Source: Nymphaea colorata
Taxonomy: Eukaryota
DNA length: 64,000 nucleotides
NCBI RefSeq assembly: GCF_008831285.2
Contig: NC_045138.2
Coordinates: forward strand, 10,788,001-10,852,000
Reading direction: 5' to 3'
The notes below the pieces were generated by a model. That model did no database searches. It was not told the DNA's origin and was given only the letters and a program-made list of their open reading frames with translations. The position numbers and the translations under genes were made by a program. The first letter of the stretch is position 1. Each line of letters opens with the position of its first letter. Positions 28,001 to 39,299 of the stretch are shown piece after piece.

Positions 28001-28285
28001 CCCACACGTGGGTCCCACATGGTCTTTTAGATCGAATTAGATTCAATTCTCGGATTTAAATCAAAATTTGAATTTTGCAATCAGATTTGGATTCCAAATC
28101 CTAAGTTGGATCTAGTTTGGACTCGTAATCCTACTTTGGGAATCATGTCATGAGTCAAATTCATGATTTGAATCTAAATTGTGTTTAGATTCGAAATTGG
28201 CTTTGAAATTATAATTTTCCACAATTTTTTTGTAAAATTTTGACATTGCTTTAATTCTGATGTATAAAAAATTGAGGTGTTAACA
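25086..28285 (-). repeat. 3' LTR of the Ogre element; outer ~320 bp and an internal ~850 bp are missing relative to the 5' LTR
   Basis: Colinear with about 41478-45089. Jumps from the equivalent of about 43650 to about 44505 near 27730. Confidence 0.9.
26389..26680. repeat. 146-bp tandem duplication inside the 3' LTR only
   Basis: ccgctttgtggctgaac...gatgaaagaaaagt at 26389-26534 and 26535-26680; single copy in the 5' LTR near 42548-42693. Confidence 0.93.
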
Positions 28286-29399
28286 GATGCCCTCTTTGCT
28301 GTTAAGCAAGTTAAAGAATTTGCTTAATAGCAAAGATTTACGCACCAAATTTTTGTAAATGGTTTGCAACATCTATTTTTCAAATAATGTTGAGTCATCC
28401 TCTCTCGAGGGGAAATGCTAGGCATAGACCTGAAATAAGAAGATTTTCCTCTATCTCACAGGAGACTTTGTAGAGGAATTAATGTTGATCAGAAAATTTT
28501 ACAATTGTGAAGGTTTTTGCATTTGATGATTGGAGAACTTAGCCCTTGACGCCTTCTTAACTATTGGCAAGTGCTTTTTCTTTCTTTTTTGCTTAGCTTT
28601 TCACCTTTTGGCTTTACCTTTTGAATTTTGATTTTCTTTTTGAGCTACCCTTCACTCTTGGGGGAAATTCCTCACCACCCCAAAAGCTACTATGGAGTTT
28701 CACTGCTTTGGTGGTTTTGTGTAGTTTGCTTTATGTAATATCAAGTTTATCGGGCTTTCTTCTGAACCCTTGTAGCGAGCTTTGGGCTGGTAACTCTCAG
28801 ACCAGTTGGCCTTACCAAATGTAAAACACTCTTCAGACTTACTCGAATTCAGAAGGCTTTAGAAGATTTAATATAAGCAAAATGTTCATACATTGCTTTT
28901 TAACTTCATGGCATAAGCATAGGTTGTATGCCAACCCGCAAATGCAGAGCTTTGAACCAAATGAACATCTACACTCACCCCGAGCTCATCGCTCAACTCA
29001 TTTTGTGTGATAGCTTTTTCTTGCATCTTGCCAAGGTTTTTTTAGGTTACAAGAGCTTTTTTCTTACAGCATCCCATGCTAAACCTTTACAAATGCCCAA
29101 TTGTCAGGACCAACATTAATTTCTATACATTAATCCCTCAATTTCATTGAAATTTCTTGCATAGTTCAAGCCAATGCCTTGTTGTTGTCCTCAAGACTTG
29201 GGCTGAGTTTGAAAATTTTGGAAATTTTTTATGCATTTTTTGAAACTTTGTCTAAGGGATACTGTGCCCCTTAGTTGGTTTGAAAATTGATTAGAATGTG
29301 TTTATCAAAGCCCAATTGTTTTGAAATTTTTGAATTGCAAATTCAAGTATAGAATTTCTTGAGATGCAAAGCACTAATTGGATCAGGGATTTCGACCCC

Positions 29400-29894
29400 A
29401 ACGGCATCAATCAGTCGATAAGAATTATGAGGTAGAACTTCTTTGATGACATATGGTCCTTCCTAGTTTAGTGCTCATTTTTCTTTGGGTCTACTCCTGA
29501 GTGGAACTATAGATCTTAGTACAAGATCATTTACCTGGAGTTTTCTTTCAATGACCGATTTGACATAATTGTGATAGACTTCAGCATGCTCTGTCGCTTG
29601 CAGTCTTTTCTCGTCTAAGAGGTCTAATTAAGCAAGTCTCATTTTTTTATACTCTCTAATTGAGAGTTCAATGAGCATAGCAAATTTCATTGTTGGTTTT
29701 TGGACATGTAATGGAAGGATAATTCCGGTTCCATACACTAATTCTGTTAGTGTAGCATTGGTGGGAGTTCGAACTGTAGTTTGATATGTCCAAAATGCAT
29801 TGTGTATTTTCTTGTGCCAATCTCGGTCTATTTCAACAGTCCTTTTTAAGACACGAATCAAAATCTTGTTGGTTGCTTCCACTTAGCCATTACA
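29400..29894 (-). pseudogene. Ogre integrase, C-terminal half
   Basis: CNG*VEATNKILIRVLKRTV...WHKKIHNAFWTYQTTVRTPTNATLTELVYG, followed by a GPY-motif remnant (ggaccatat). Confidence 0.85.
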
Positions 29895-29963
29895 TGAAGT
29901 GTCATGCCGACTACCACTGTCAGGGGGGGGGAGCGAAGCTTAGCGAGCTTTAGAAGGCCGACC

Positions 29964-30014
29964 TTCTTGAAAGGTCAATACTGTATTTACAGGTCAGGAC
30001 TGACCTTACCAAAA
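29964..30014. repeat. Left arm of a 51-bp inverted repeat flanking polB
   Basis: Reverse complement matches 33244-33294 at 46 of 51 positions. Confidence 0.9.
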
Positions 30015-30040
30015 GCCTGCCTTATTCAGGCTTTCCGCTT

Positions 30041-32872
30041 TTAGACTGCCACTGTCAAAGCGACAAGCCATAAGTCTATGTCTATTACATCTATAGGTCG
30101 TGTGTCTATCCAAACATGATTGGAATCATAGACATTCTGTCTTTTATGACTATGTGGTAGTCGTAATTGGATGAGAATCTCTTTTTTTCCAATCAGGAGT
30201 TTTTTCCAGTCGATTCTAAAATTAGCTACAGTGGGGATCTGACCCGTTAGAGATAGATCTGCTAATTGCTTTTTAAACCATTCAGATGTGACTAAATCTT
30301 TAGCTGGACCTTTGTGTTTAATAATTTGTCTATCATCTTCTATGTCTAACATATAACTTTTAGGTGCTAAGAAGATTCCTCTCTTGACATGGTCTTCGAG
30401 TTTAAACTTACCCAATTCAAAGGAAGAGATCAAATCGTCAGGAAGAGGACTTCCTAGAACTATTGAGTCAGTATCAGTATAGTAACAGTCAGGTCTGGAA
30501 ATGTATGGGTACATATGAATACGAGCACATGCAGTGATAGCAGCAGCCAATTGAACAGCCGACATCTTAGGAGCTTTCCATTCATCGTCGTCAGCAAAGC
30601 TACTATTGCTACTGTAATTGACCATATAATAATGATCGGTCAGCTTCTCTGCAGATTTAAAATTATCCGTCATCATCAATTCTTCATATTTCTTGTGATT
30701 GCAGATCTCTGTTACTATACTTTCAGGATTCATACCAAATCTACCATATATGAAATTCATTAGAATCTTATAAATATATGTCATAGCTTCATCACCAGCT
30801 TTCTTGGTTTCTAGTCTGCTTTCAAAAAGGTTTGAGATGAAGCCTTCGAAAGGACTTGACTTCTTCTCAAACAAATACCCCCTAAGAGGAATGACTTGGT
30901 AACCTAAATCGTGTGCAAACTTCAACTCTTCGCTATAAAAGACTCCAATGAATTTACCTGTAGGAAAGAGTAAAGTACCATATTTATCCTTATAGGGCAA
31001 GAATGGACGTGATATATGAGTAGGACATACTACATAGGCCTCAATAAAGCCAAACAAGCTATCCAATCCAACGCGCTCCAAATTATTCTTCCAGACAGGT
31101 ATACCACAAGGCATAGAATAGGATTTCATAATATGAGGATATAATGAGTTCACATCATAATAGTAAAGATTCTCACCATAGGGCTTATAGACATCAACAT
31201 GACCCCCATAATAGCCACGCCTAATAAATGTGTCTTGGTTTCTTGTAGGTATATTAATATGAAAGGTCTCATCATCAAAATAATTCTTACGAAAGATTTT
31301 CAAGGCAAGCGATGATATTGTCATCACATCCTCGACATCAATACTGTATTTAGACCAATTAATCTCTTGAGCCTTCAACATCACACCACCTAAGATCAGG
31401 ATATCTTGGCGAAGATATTTGATCAAATCCACACTATTCAACAGAAGATTAGACACAGACAAATCCACATGTGGGATAGAACCTTTGGATCCTAATTCAG
31501 GGCATAATGTCTTTCCCAATGTTTCCAGAGAGCTAGGCATTAATGTGCAAGAATCTCTGAAACGAAATAATAACTTATCGCCAAGATAAACTTTCAACTC
31601 GTAAAGTTTATGATTCCTCAACAATGTTTTGATTTTATACTGATTACCACGATCAACATAATACCTCAGAATGAAAATGCCATCAAATCGGGCAAAATTA
31701 TGGAAATATACTGTTCGAAGACGAACACCACTATTTTTTTTCACATATTCTTCCAAAGTGGATAAAAACTCAAATAACATTTTTTCACTCCTCTCTTCAA
31801 AGGTAGGATAAACATTAATGTGGTTTTCACTGAAAAAGGTTTGAATAGAATAGGAAGGTAGGGATGTTAGATCATCACCTGGTTTAACTACTAAGAAACC
31901 TGCAGCATAAGGAACATGAACATAATTCAAGACTATAGTCTCTAGATCGGCTACAATGAAAGGACGACATTCTTTTTGATGACCTTTGATAGCGCTGATT
32001 TTAGAGGAAATACGAGTTTGTTTATACATCAGTGATAGGACTTCGGGTAGATTACCACTGACGATTTCAGAATCCATAACATTTCTGATTCTTCCAAGAA
32101 GATTTGATATATTAGGAAAGTCTAATGATTGACTGGAATCCTTAGATTGATAATAGATACGAATAAAGACACTTTTAATCACAGCATCATGATATTTCTC
32201 ACCATTTAACCTAACAAGTTGTTCAATCATATCATATATCCTCTTTTTGTGAAGTCTATTACCTACAGGATCACACAATGGAATAGCATGACCTAAAGTC
32301 AAGGATATATCATAGGATGCTGGTAATTGCATAGTATATCCAATTGTAAATTTCACATACTCAGAATCAATATTGTAAGCGTACTGTTCGACCAACTGTA
32401 TGAAGGCTAATGTTATAACTTCAAAATCATTAGTTCGAGGGTATGGCTCTACAAAACTCATAGAAGCATAGATAGATCCAGGATAAAGAAGTGTAAATCG
32501 AACATAATCTGTAATCCTTTGCAAAGTTTGCCAATAACTATATAAAGCATAATTGGTGAAATCAGAATCAAACCTCTTCTTGGTGAAAGAAGAATAAAAC
32601 CTCTTATTGGTGAAATCAGAATCAAACCTCTTAGTCACATAGTACCTTTCATCAAACATAATACCAGACGCACGATTAAAGAACCTCAAACTCATATAGG
32701 ACCTTTCATACAATATAATACCAGACGCACGATTAAATAACCTCATACTCACGCTCTCAAATTGGTGTGACCTTTTAGCGCTCTCAAATTGGTGTGACCT
32801 TTTAGCACTCTCAAATTGGTGTGACCTTTTAGGGGATAAGGCCTGTCCCTTCATATAAGTTTTTTGTTTCAT
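30041..32872 (-). CDS. Protein-primed family-B DNA polymerase, mitochondrial linear-plasmid type, 943 aa, uninterrupted ORF; expression unknown
   Basis: Exo I (FIVADLET), Exo II (YFHNFARFDGIF), RDS..LMPSSL, Exo III (YLRQD), YYGG, motif A (YYDVNSLYP), motif B (KILMNFIYGRFG), motif C (YTDTDS) and KxY (APKSY). About 300 aa of N-terminal extension. Confidence 0.93.
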   Translation of the reverse strand: MKQKTYMKGQALSPKRSHQFESAKRSHQFESAKRSHQFESVSMRLFNRASGIILYERSYMSLRFFNRASGIMFDERYYVTKRFDSDFTNKRFYSSFTKKRFDSDFTNYALYSYWQTLQRITDYVRFTLLYPGSIYASMSFVEPYPRTNDFEVITLAFIQLVEQYAYNIDSEYVKFTIGYTMQLPASYDISLTLGHAIPLCDPVGNRLHKKRIYDMIEQLVRLNGEKYHDAVIKSVFIRIYYQSKDSSQSLDFPNISNLLGRIRNVMDSEIVSGNLPEVLSLMYKQTRISSKISAIKGHQKECRPFIVADLETIVLNYVHVPYAAGFLVVKPGDDLTSLPSYSIQTFFSENHINVYPTFEERSEKMLFEFLSTLEEYVKKNSGVRLRTVYFHNFARFDGIFILRYYVDRGNQYKIKTLLRNHKLYELKVYLGDKLLFRFRDSCTLMPSSLETLGKTLCPELGSKGSIPHVDLSVSNLLLNSVDLIKYLRQDILILGGVMLKAQEINWSKYSIDVEDVMTISSLALKIFRKNYFDDETFHINIPTRNQDTFIRRGYYGGHVDVYKPYGENLYYYDVNSLYPHIMKSYSMPCGIPVWKNNLERVGLDSLFGFIEAYVVCPTHISRPFLPYKDKYGTLLFPTGKFIGVFYSEELKFAHDLGYQVIPLRGYLFEKKSSPFEGFISNLFESRLETKKAGDEAMTYIYKILMNFIYGRFGMNPESIVTEICNHKKYEELMMTDNFKSAEKLTDHYYMVNYSSNSSFADDDEWKAPKMSAVQLAAAITACARIHMYPYISRPDCYYTDTDSIVLGSPLPDDLISSFELGKFKLEDHVKRGIFLAPKSYMLDIEDDRQIIKHKGPAKDLVTSEWFKKQLADLSLTGQIPTVANFRIDWKKLLIGKKEILIQLRLPHSHKRQNVYDSNHVWIDTRPIDVIDIDLWLVALTVAV
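32551..32834 (-). repeat. In-frame tandem repeats in the polB 5' end (3x27 bp, 2x57 bp, 3x27 bp)
   Basis: KRSHQFES[AV] x3; R[LF]FNRASGI..ER.Y x2; KRFDSDFTN/KRFYSSFTK/KRFDSDFTN. Confidence 0.92.
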
Positions 32873-33034
32873 GGTTTGTTTTTTTTTTACTTAACTTAAC
32901 TCCTATATTCTTCGTATTGGGGTGTATTTTTTACCCGAACCCTAAAAGAGGGTAGGGGGTGTATTTTCTTCTACGTATTCTCGACTGGTTCTGAACATCA
33001 TGGTACCGAACTTCATGGTACCGGTATCTATTAA

Positions 33035-33438
33035 CCTACTACTCTAGTAGTAGACTAATACTACTCATTCATTTGTTAGTCTATTCCCCTCCAAGGTGGG
33101 GGGGGATGGGATATGCAGGTTTATTTTACGATACTAGTAGCCTACTACTCTAGTAGTAGACTACTACTACTCATTCATTTTAGTCTATTCCCCTAAAAGG
33201 GGAGATGGGATATAGGGTGTATTTTTCAAGACAGTCTTGATCTTTTTGGTAAGGTCAGTCCTGACTTTGAAATGCAGTATTGACCTTTCAATAAGAATCA
33301 GTCCTGATCTTTCAAGATAGTGATCTTTTTGGTAAGGTTAGTCCTGACTTTGAAATACAGTATTGAAATACTACCCTCATGATTAGACCATGTCCCTGAC
33401 CTTACCAAAAAGATCAAGACTATCTTGAAAGGTCAGGT
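33035..33438. repeat. Repeat and hairpin cluster upstream of polB, including the right inverted-repeat arm at 33244-33294
   Basis: Direct repeat cctactactctagtagtagacta...gggatat at 33035 and 33141. ttttggtaagg.tagtcctgactttgaaat.cagtattga-type motif at 33244 and about 33327. About 33224-33258 is inverted at about 33396-33430. Confidence 0.88.
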
Positions 33439-33470
33439 TCGCGCCTCACGAGCTCCACGGGGAGAAGCGG

Positions 33471-36400
33471 CTGAGGGTAATATGGGGCAGAAATGTAATG
33501 TTGTATTTTGTGTTTGTGACAGAGATTGTGCATTCTTATTTTTAAAATGAATACCATTGTCAGAAATGATATCGTGCGGGATCTCAAATCTACACAAAAG
33601 GTTTTTGTGAATGAAGGACACTACACGTCGTCATTCAACTATTTTTAAAGTGATTGCTTCAACCCATTTGATGAAGTAATCTATAGCTGCAAGAAAATAT
33701 CTATATCCATTTGAGGCAGGTGGATTGATTGGACCGACCACATCGAAGGCCCACATAGAAAACGACCAAGGTGAGCTGACTGAATAAATGTATTCTGCTG
33801 GAGCATGAATTGATGGTGCATGGAACTGACATTTAATGCACTTTTTGACAAACTGGTGACAGTCTCTCTGCATTGTGGGCCAATAGTACCCTGCTCTGAC
33901 TATATGTTTGACGATGGTCTGATACCCTACATGTCCCCTACAAATTCCTTCATGAGCTTCCTGAATGACTTCTAGTACCTCATTTTCATCGAGATGTCTA
34001 GCGTATTCCATACTGAATCCTCTTCTATATAGGACGTTAGCTGAAATAAAATATCTTGAAGGTATGTGTCTCAGAGCTCTTTGCTCTTTTCGAGACATTT
34101 CAGGTGGAAGTGTTCTTGTTCAGAGAAAATCTTTGATGTTCTGATACCATGGTGTTTCTCTACTTTCTGCTTGTAATACCTGTTCTGGTATGACAAAAGA
34201 TGGTTGTTCGAGTCTTCTGTCTTCAAAAGATTTGATAGATTCTCTAGGTTTGAAGCTGAAGGTAGAGCCTAAACTGGCCAACCCGTCTGCAATCGGGATC
34301 AATTCTTTTTTGACATGTAAGAGCTGATACTCCTCAAATTGTTTTAAGAGGGAAGTTGCTAACTTTTGATATGGTTTCAATTTCTGATCTTTGACTTGTC
34401 AATCTCCATTGACTTGACTAACAACTAAGAGAGAATCCACAGAAGCATTGTGATACCTTGGATTAAGGCTTCATATTCTGCCATATTATGTGTGCAATAT
34501 AAATTCAATTTGAGGGAGTAAGGAATCATTTCATTTTCTAGTGTAATGAAAAGTAACCCAATGTCTACCCCAGCTGTGGTTTTAGATCCATCGAAATACA
34601 TCTCCCAAATTGACTCTAGTTCGGTCGTTAGGATTTGCTCATCTGGAAAATTATCATTTGTTTTAATTTCTTCAGATAGAGAAAATTTGTCAATTGATCT
34701 GCAATGGCTTGACCCTTGATTGATTTCTGTGACACATATTCCAAATCATATTGTATCAGCAGAATTTGCCACTTTGCTATCCTTCCATTTAGAAATGGCT
34801 GTTCAAGGATATATTTGAATGGATTAAGTTTAGATAAATTTAACATTGCATGACAATAGGTAGTGCCTTTTTGATACAACCATAACAAGGCTAAGCAAGT
34901 TTTTTCCATGTGCGAGTAGTTCTTTTCATACTGCACAAATGCCTTATTGATGTAATAAATGGCATGTTATATTCGACATCCTTCTTCATATTGAGCCAAA
35001 AATCCACCATAGGATGAATTGTTAACTGTGATGTAAAGCAATAGAGGTTTCCCCAAAATTGGGGGTTTCCAAATCGATGGGCAAAGAAGGTATTTCTTGA
35101 TCTTTTCGAATGAGGTCTGACATTCATGTTTCCATTCAAGCTTGACTCATTTCTGTAGTAAATGGTTGAAGGGTTCACATCTCATGATAAGATTAGATTT
35201 AAACCTTCTAATTGACTGAATTTTGTCTTGCGAGCTACGTAACTCCTTTAGATTTGTTGGTAGTGATATATCAATAATCTCCTTTGTTTTGGAGGGATCC
35301 ATCTCGATTCCTTTTTTGCTGACCATAAATCTCAAAGCTTACCAGATTCTACACCAAATACACACACTTTTGTGGATTCAATCCAAGCTTTCTGTTGTAA
35401 GAGTCTATCAAAAACTTGAGAGAGAATGCTGATGTAGTTTTCCCTTATTTTTGACTTGATTAGCAGATCATCCACATATGCATCCATGATTTGATGCATT
35501 TAATCATGAAAAATAGCTGTCATAGCCCTTTGATATGTTGCCCCAACGTTCTTCAGACCAAACGACATTACAGTATAGCAGAAAGTGCCCCATGAGGTTG
35601 TAAATGATGTTTTGGCCTGGTCTTCAGTGGCCAACTTAATTTGGTTATAGCCAGAATATCTATCCAAAAAGAAGAACATTGGCCTGCGATACTGTCTACC
35701 AGTCAATGTTTGGAAGTGGATAGTCGTCTTTTAGTATGGCTTTATTCAAATCTCTGAAATCGATGCAAAGACGAATTTTGTCATTTTTCTTTGGGACTAC
35801 CATGATGTTTGTCAATCATTCAGGATAGTCAATTGTTCAGATGAACTCTGCCTTTAGTAAGTCTTCTAGGCCTTCCTTAACGTTCCCCTCAAGATAAGGG
35901 TCTAGTTTCCCCAATTTTTGTTTGATTTGCTTGCATTCCGGTTTCAATGGCAATCGATGCTCAACTAATTTTATATCAAATCCTGGCATGTCTTCATAAG
36001 TCCATGCAAAGGTTTCTTGATGATTTTTTAGGAAGTCTATCAACTTTTTTCTTTCTTCTGTTGGGAGACTTGCTTCAATTTGTAAAATCTTTGGATTCTC
36101 TTCTGTACCAATATTAATTTTCTCAATTGGACCATTAATAAAAAGTGACTGTTGATCTTGTTTTCTTATTTGGATGAACTTTAGAATTCTACCATAATGA
36201 GTTCTGGATTTACCTCCTTGAAGCCTTTTGATGTTAGATCCTCAGGTGCCATCCTAAAGATTATAAAAAGGTTAGATGGAATTTGAGACATTTTATGTGG
36301 AAGTAAGTTCCATATGTCATTGCATATTTGAAGGTATTACAAAATAAAGACACTTGGTCAATTAGAGTACAATGATGACAAAATAACAAAATGATCATTA

Positions 36401-39000
36401 GATGATAAAATGATAGCGGATTTGTTGATTCAAACTGATGGTGAACATCTGCCTATAGTGTTCCTCTTGATAAAAGGTACTGGCTTGAATTCTTCCTTGG
36501 CATCCATTTTTTCATAACTTTGGCATCTTAGGGCTTGAGTACCACGCTGTCCTAACAAGATAATTGGTTCCAAGATTCCATTTTTATATTTGCCAAGGCT
36601 AGTGAATGACTGGTAGCTATAGCGTAAGAGTAAATCCAATCATTTCTCATTCTGGCAAAAATTTTTGAATAATAGATGGCTTTTATAACTTGTTTTAGGA
36701 TTGGTACCCTTTTTTACCCACATTTGTTTTTTTAGCTTCTGAATGGCCAATTTGCTCAAACCATGAGATATTTCTTATTCTTTGCAGACTTGAATACTAG
36801 GTACTTCGATTGTATATGTTGATACTGAAATCATTGGATGCATAAGATGATTTTGCATGTCCTCTATATAGATGATTATAGTATTCCTATTGTGAGTCCA
36901 TTTGACGCACTGATGTAGAGTAGATGGAACCGCATTGGTAGCATGGATCCATGATATGCCAAGAAATAGGTTGAATGAAGGTTTTATATCTACAACATGA
37001 AAAAAAACCCAATGATATGTCTCAGAGATTCGAATTCAGACATATATAGCCCAGGCAAGGTTGTCCCATTCCATCATATCCAAGAATGAAAATTGATGAC
37101 AGGATATAGTCGGCTTGCTTTATGCCTAATTCGTGAGCTTTTTGCTGTGGACAAATGTTCAGGCATGATCCACCATCGATTAAAACATGAGAGACTCTGG
37201 TACCCCTTGTTTCTACCACTATGTGGAAGACATCATTATATGATGCGCCTCTATTTGGTAGATCTTTATCAGAAAATATGATCTGACCATTTTCATATAG
37301 TCCAAAAGCCTATTCATTTCCTCGATTAGAGCTAAATCCTTCCTTCTTGACTTGAGGTAAAGGGTTTATTTCCTTGAAAATAGATTCCAAAGGTTCAGGA
37401 TCCCATATTTTTGACTTTTGATCGATCTTTGTCCAACCGTCTTGTTTGCTTGGCCTAGTTTGTGCATTGACAGATTCTTTGTCATGTTTGAAAAGTAACC
37501 CCAAGACATCCAGGGATGCTTTATTCCTTTTGTTTGCTACTACGACTTGATGATTTGTTGAAAACCTGACCATTGTAATTGTTCCTTTCCATGCTTAGGA
37601 AAAGGGGTTTTGAGGATGTCCGGTTGTTCATTGACCTCCTTAATGATTTCTTTGTTGACAGCATCTTGCACAATATTTTTTAGTACAAGACAATCTTTTG
37701 TATCGTGTCCTAGAGCACGATGAAATTTGCAGAACTTTTCTTTGTTTTTTTCCATCATTGGTGAAGGGTTTGTAACTTTTGGGAGGAACAGAGTGCCTCT
37801 TTCAATCAGCATGTGCATGACTTTTTCTTAACTCTGTTGTAATGGGATGAGTTTTTTGTTGTATCCCCATCTAGGATGTTTGTTTTTAATACCGCTACTA
37901 TTGTTGCTAGCTTTGTATGCTATCCCTTTATTCATGGGATAGTCTGCCCTTTCTTTTTTGAAGGTAGCGGTGTTGGCTATAATGTTGGCCAGAGCATTTT
38001 GACTCTTGTTTTTTTTTGTGTGTCTTCCTTAGTCTTTACTGGGATGACATAATCAAAAGCTCCATTTTCAATTCTTGTTTTGATGAATTATGATATCTTG
38101 GTGTGATCAATGAAAGACTTGATTGAAGCATTGGAAATGAGGCTCCTCAGTGGTTGTGTCAAATTGGTGATGATCAATCTCAATGCATGGGATTGGGAGA
38201 TTGGGTCTCTCATCTTGTTGCAAGAAGAACTCCATCTTTGAATAAAATCCCTAACCTTTTCACCTAGCCTTTGTTTCAGATAACACAGTATGGTGATCGT
38301 TGGTATTGTTTCAACATTCTGGATGAACCTTTTAATGAAAATGTTGATTAGTTTATCAAAATTTTTCAATTCGACTGAGTTTATGTACTCCCGGTACTTC
38401 CAAACTCCTTGAGAAGCATCGAAAGAGAGCTCTGTGATTGTGGCAAAATTTATAGCATTCCACAAAGAACATGGCCAAATGTGTCTTTGGGTCTCCATGG
38501 CCATCGAATTTGATAAATTTCTTAGGCAAGTTTTGTATGTGTTTGTCATTTTCAAAACTTTCATAGAAATCTTCGCAGGTAAAATTTCTTTTGTTGTTGC
38601 CCTCGAGTTGAACCACGTTCAACTTCTTTTCAACTTCCTGAATTTTTGTTTTCCAAGATTCCCCTTCTCTTTCTTGGAAGTCTTTGGTTCTTCCTCACTA
38701 CTTAATTTTGTTGTATCATCTTCAGAAGAGTCAGAACTACTCAATAAAGATTTCTTTGTTTCTTCCTTTTCTTCTTGGCCCTCTCTGCCTGGGCTTGCTC
38801 TTCATTGAACATAGTCATGTATCTCCGAAATTTCTTGTATTCTTCATATTCTAGATCATTGGCTTCTGTCCTGGGAGGTGTTTTGGAGGAGGATTCTTCT
38901 CCCTTGTCTCCCAAAAAGGCTTGTTCTAGTTCCATCTCAATTCTCTTCCTTTGTTGGCTTCTAGTCTTCACCATAAAGTGGATATTCACCTTGTAAGAAG
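33471..39000 (-). pseudogene. Ogre gag-pol, fragmented: gag, protease, RT, RNase H, additional RNase H, integrase N-half
   Basis: Gag (KFDGHGDPKTHL; FCKFHRALGHDTKDC), protease (VLIDGGSCLNI), RT (FFLDRYSGYNQI...FGLKNVGATYQRAM), RH (EKNYSHMEKTCLAL), second RH (IADGLASL) and INT (EAHEGICRGH...YYWPTM..DC..FVKKCIKCQ...WAFDVVG...AIDYFIKWVEA). Confidence 0.92.
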
Positions 39001-39299
39001 AAAAATTAAAAATGTCAGGATTTGAATTGATGAGAGATAATTTGTACAAATGACAAAATGGCAAATTTTGATTGTATATTGAAATGACAATGAGATTGAC
39101 AAGACTTTTGACAATGTTCAACACGCCTTGACAAAATTTGGCTTTGTTAACCATGATTATCTAGGATAAAATGATAGATGGATGGATTTCATCCCGCCAT
39201 TTTACGTATTCAGGACCCATGTCTAGACCAATGATAAGGTACAAGTGAGCAAACGATTCCCAACGTTCTTGGGTATAAGTGTATATTCCGAACCACTCT

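Larger units (their letters stand above)
29895..33470. other. 3576-bp foreign insert, probably mitochondrial or linear-plasmid derived (NUMT-like), inside the Ogre integrase
   Basis: The integrase frame stops at ...SAPYYPQ (33471) and resumes at CNG*VEATNK (29894). The insert holds a polB gene and short repeats unrelated to the retroelement. Confidence 0.85.

Noticed and set aside
32551..33438. CRISPR-like array
   Set aside because: The repeats are head-to-tail or irregular without unique spacers, there are no cas genes, and the context is eukaryotic.
29895..33470. Polinton/Maverick, casposon or endogenous virus interpretation of the polB
   Set aside because: The insert has no capsid, ATPase, protease, Cas1 or own integrase, and no TSD. 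The adjacent integrase belongs to the Ogre and is disrupted by the insert.
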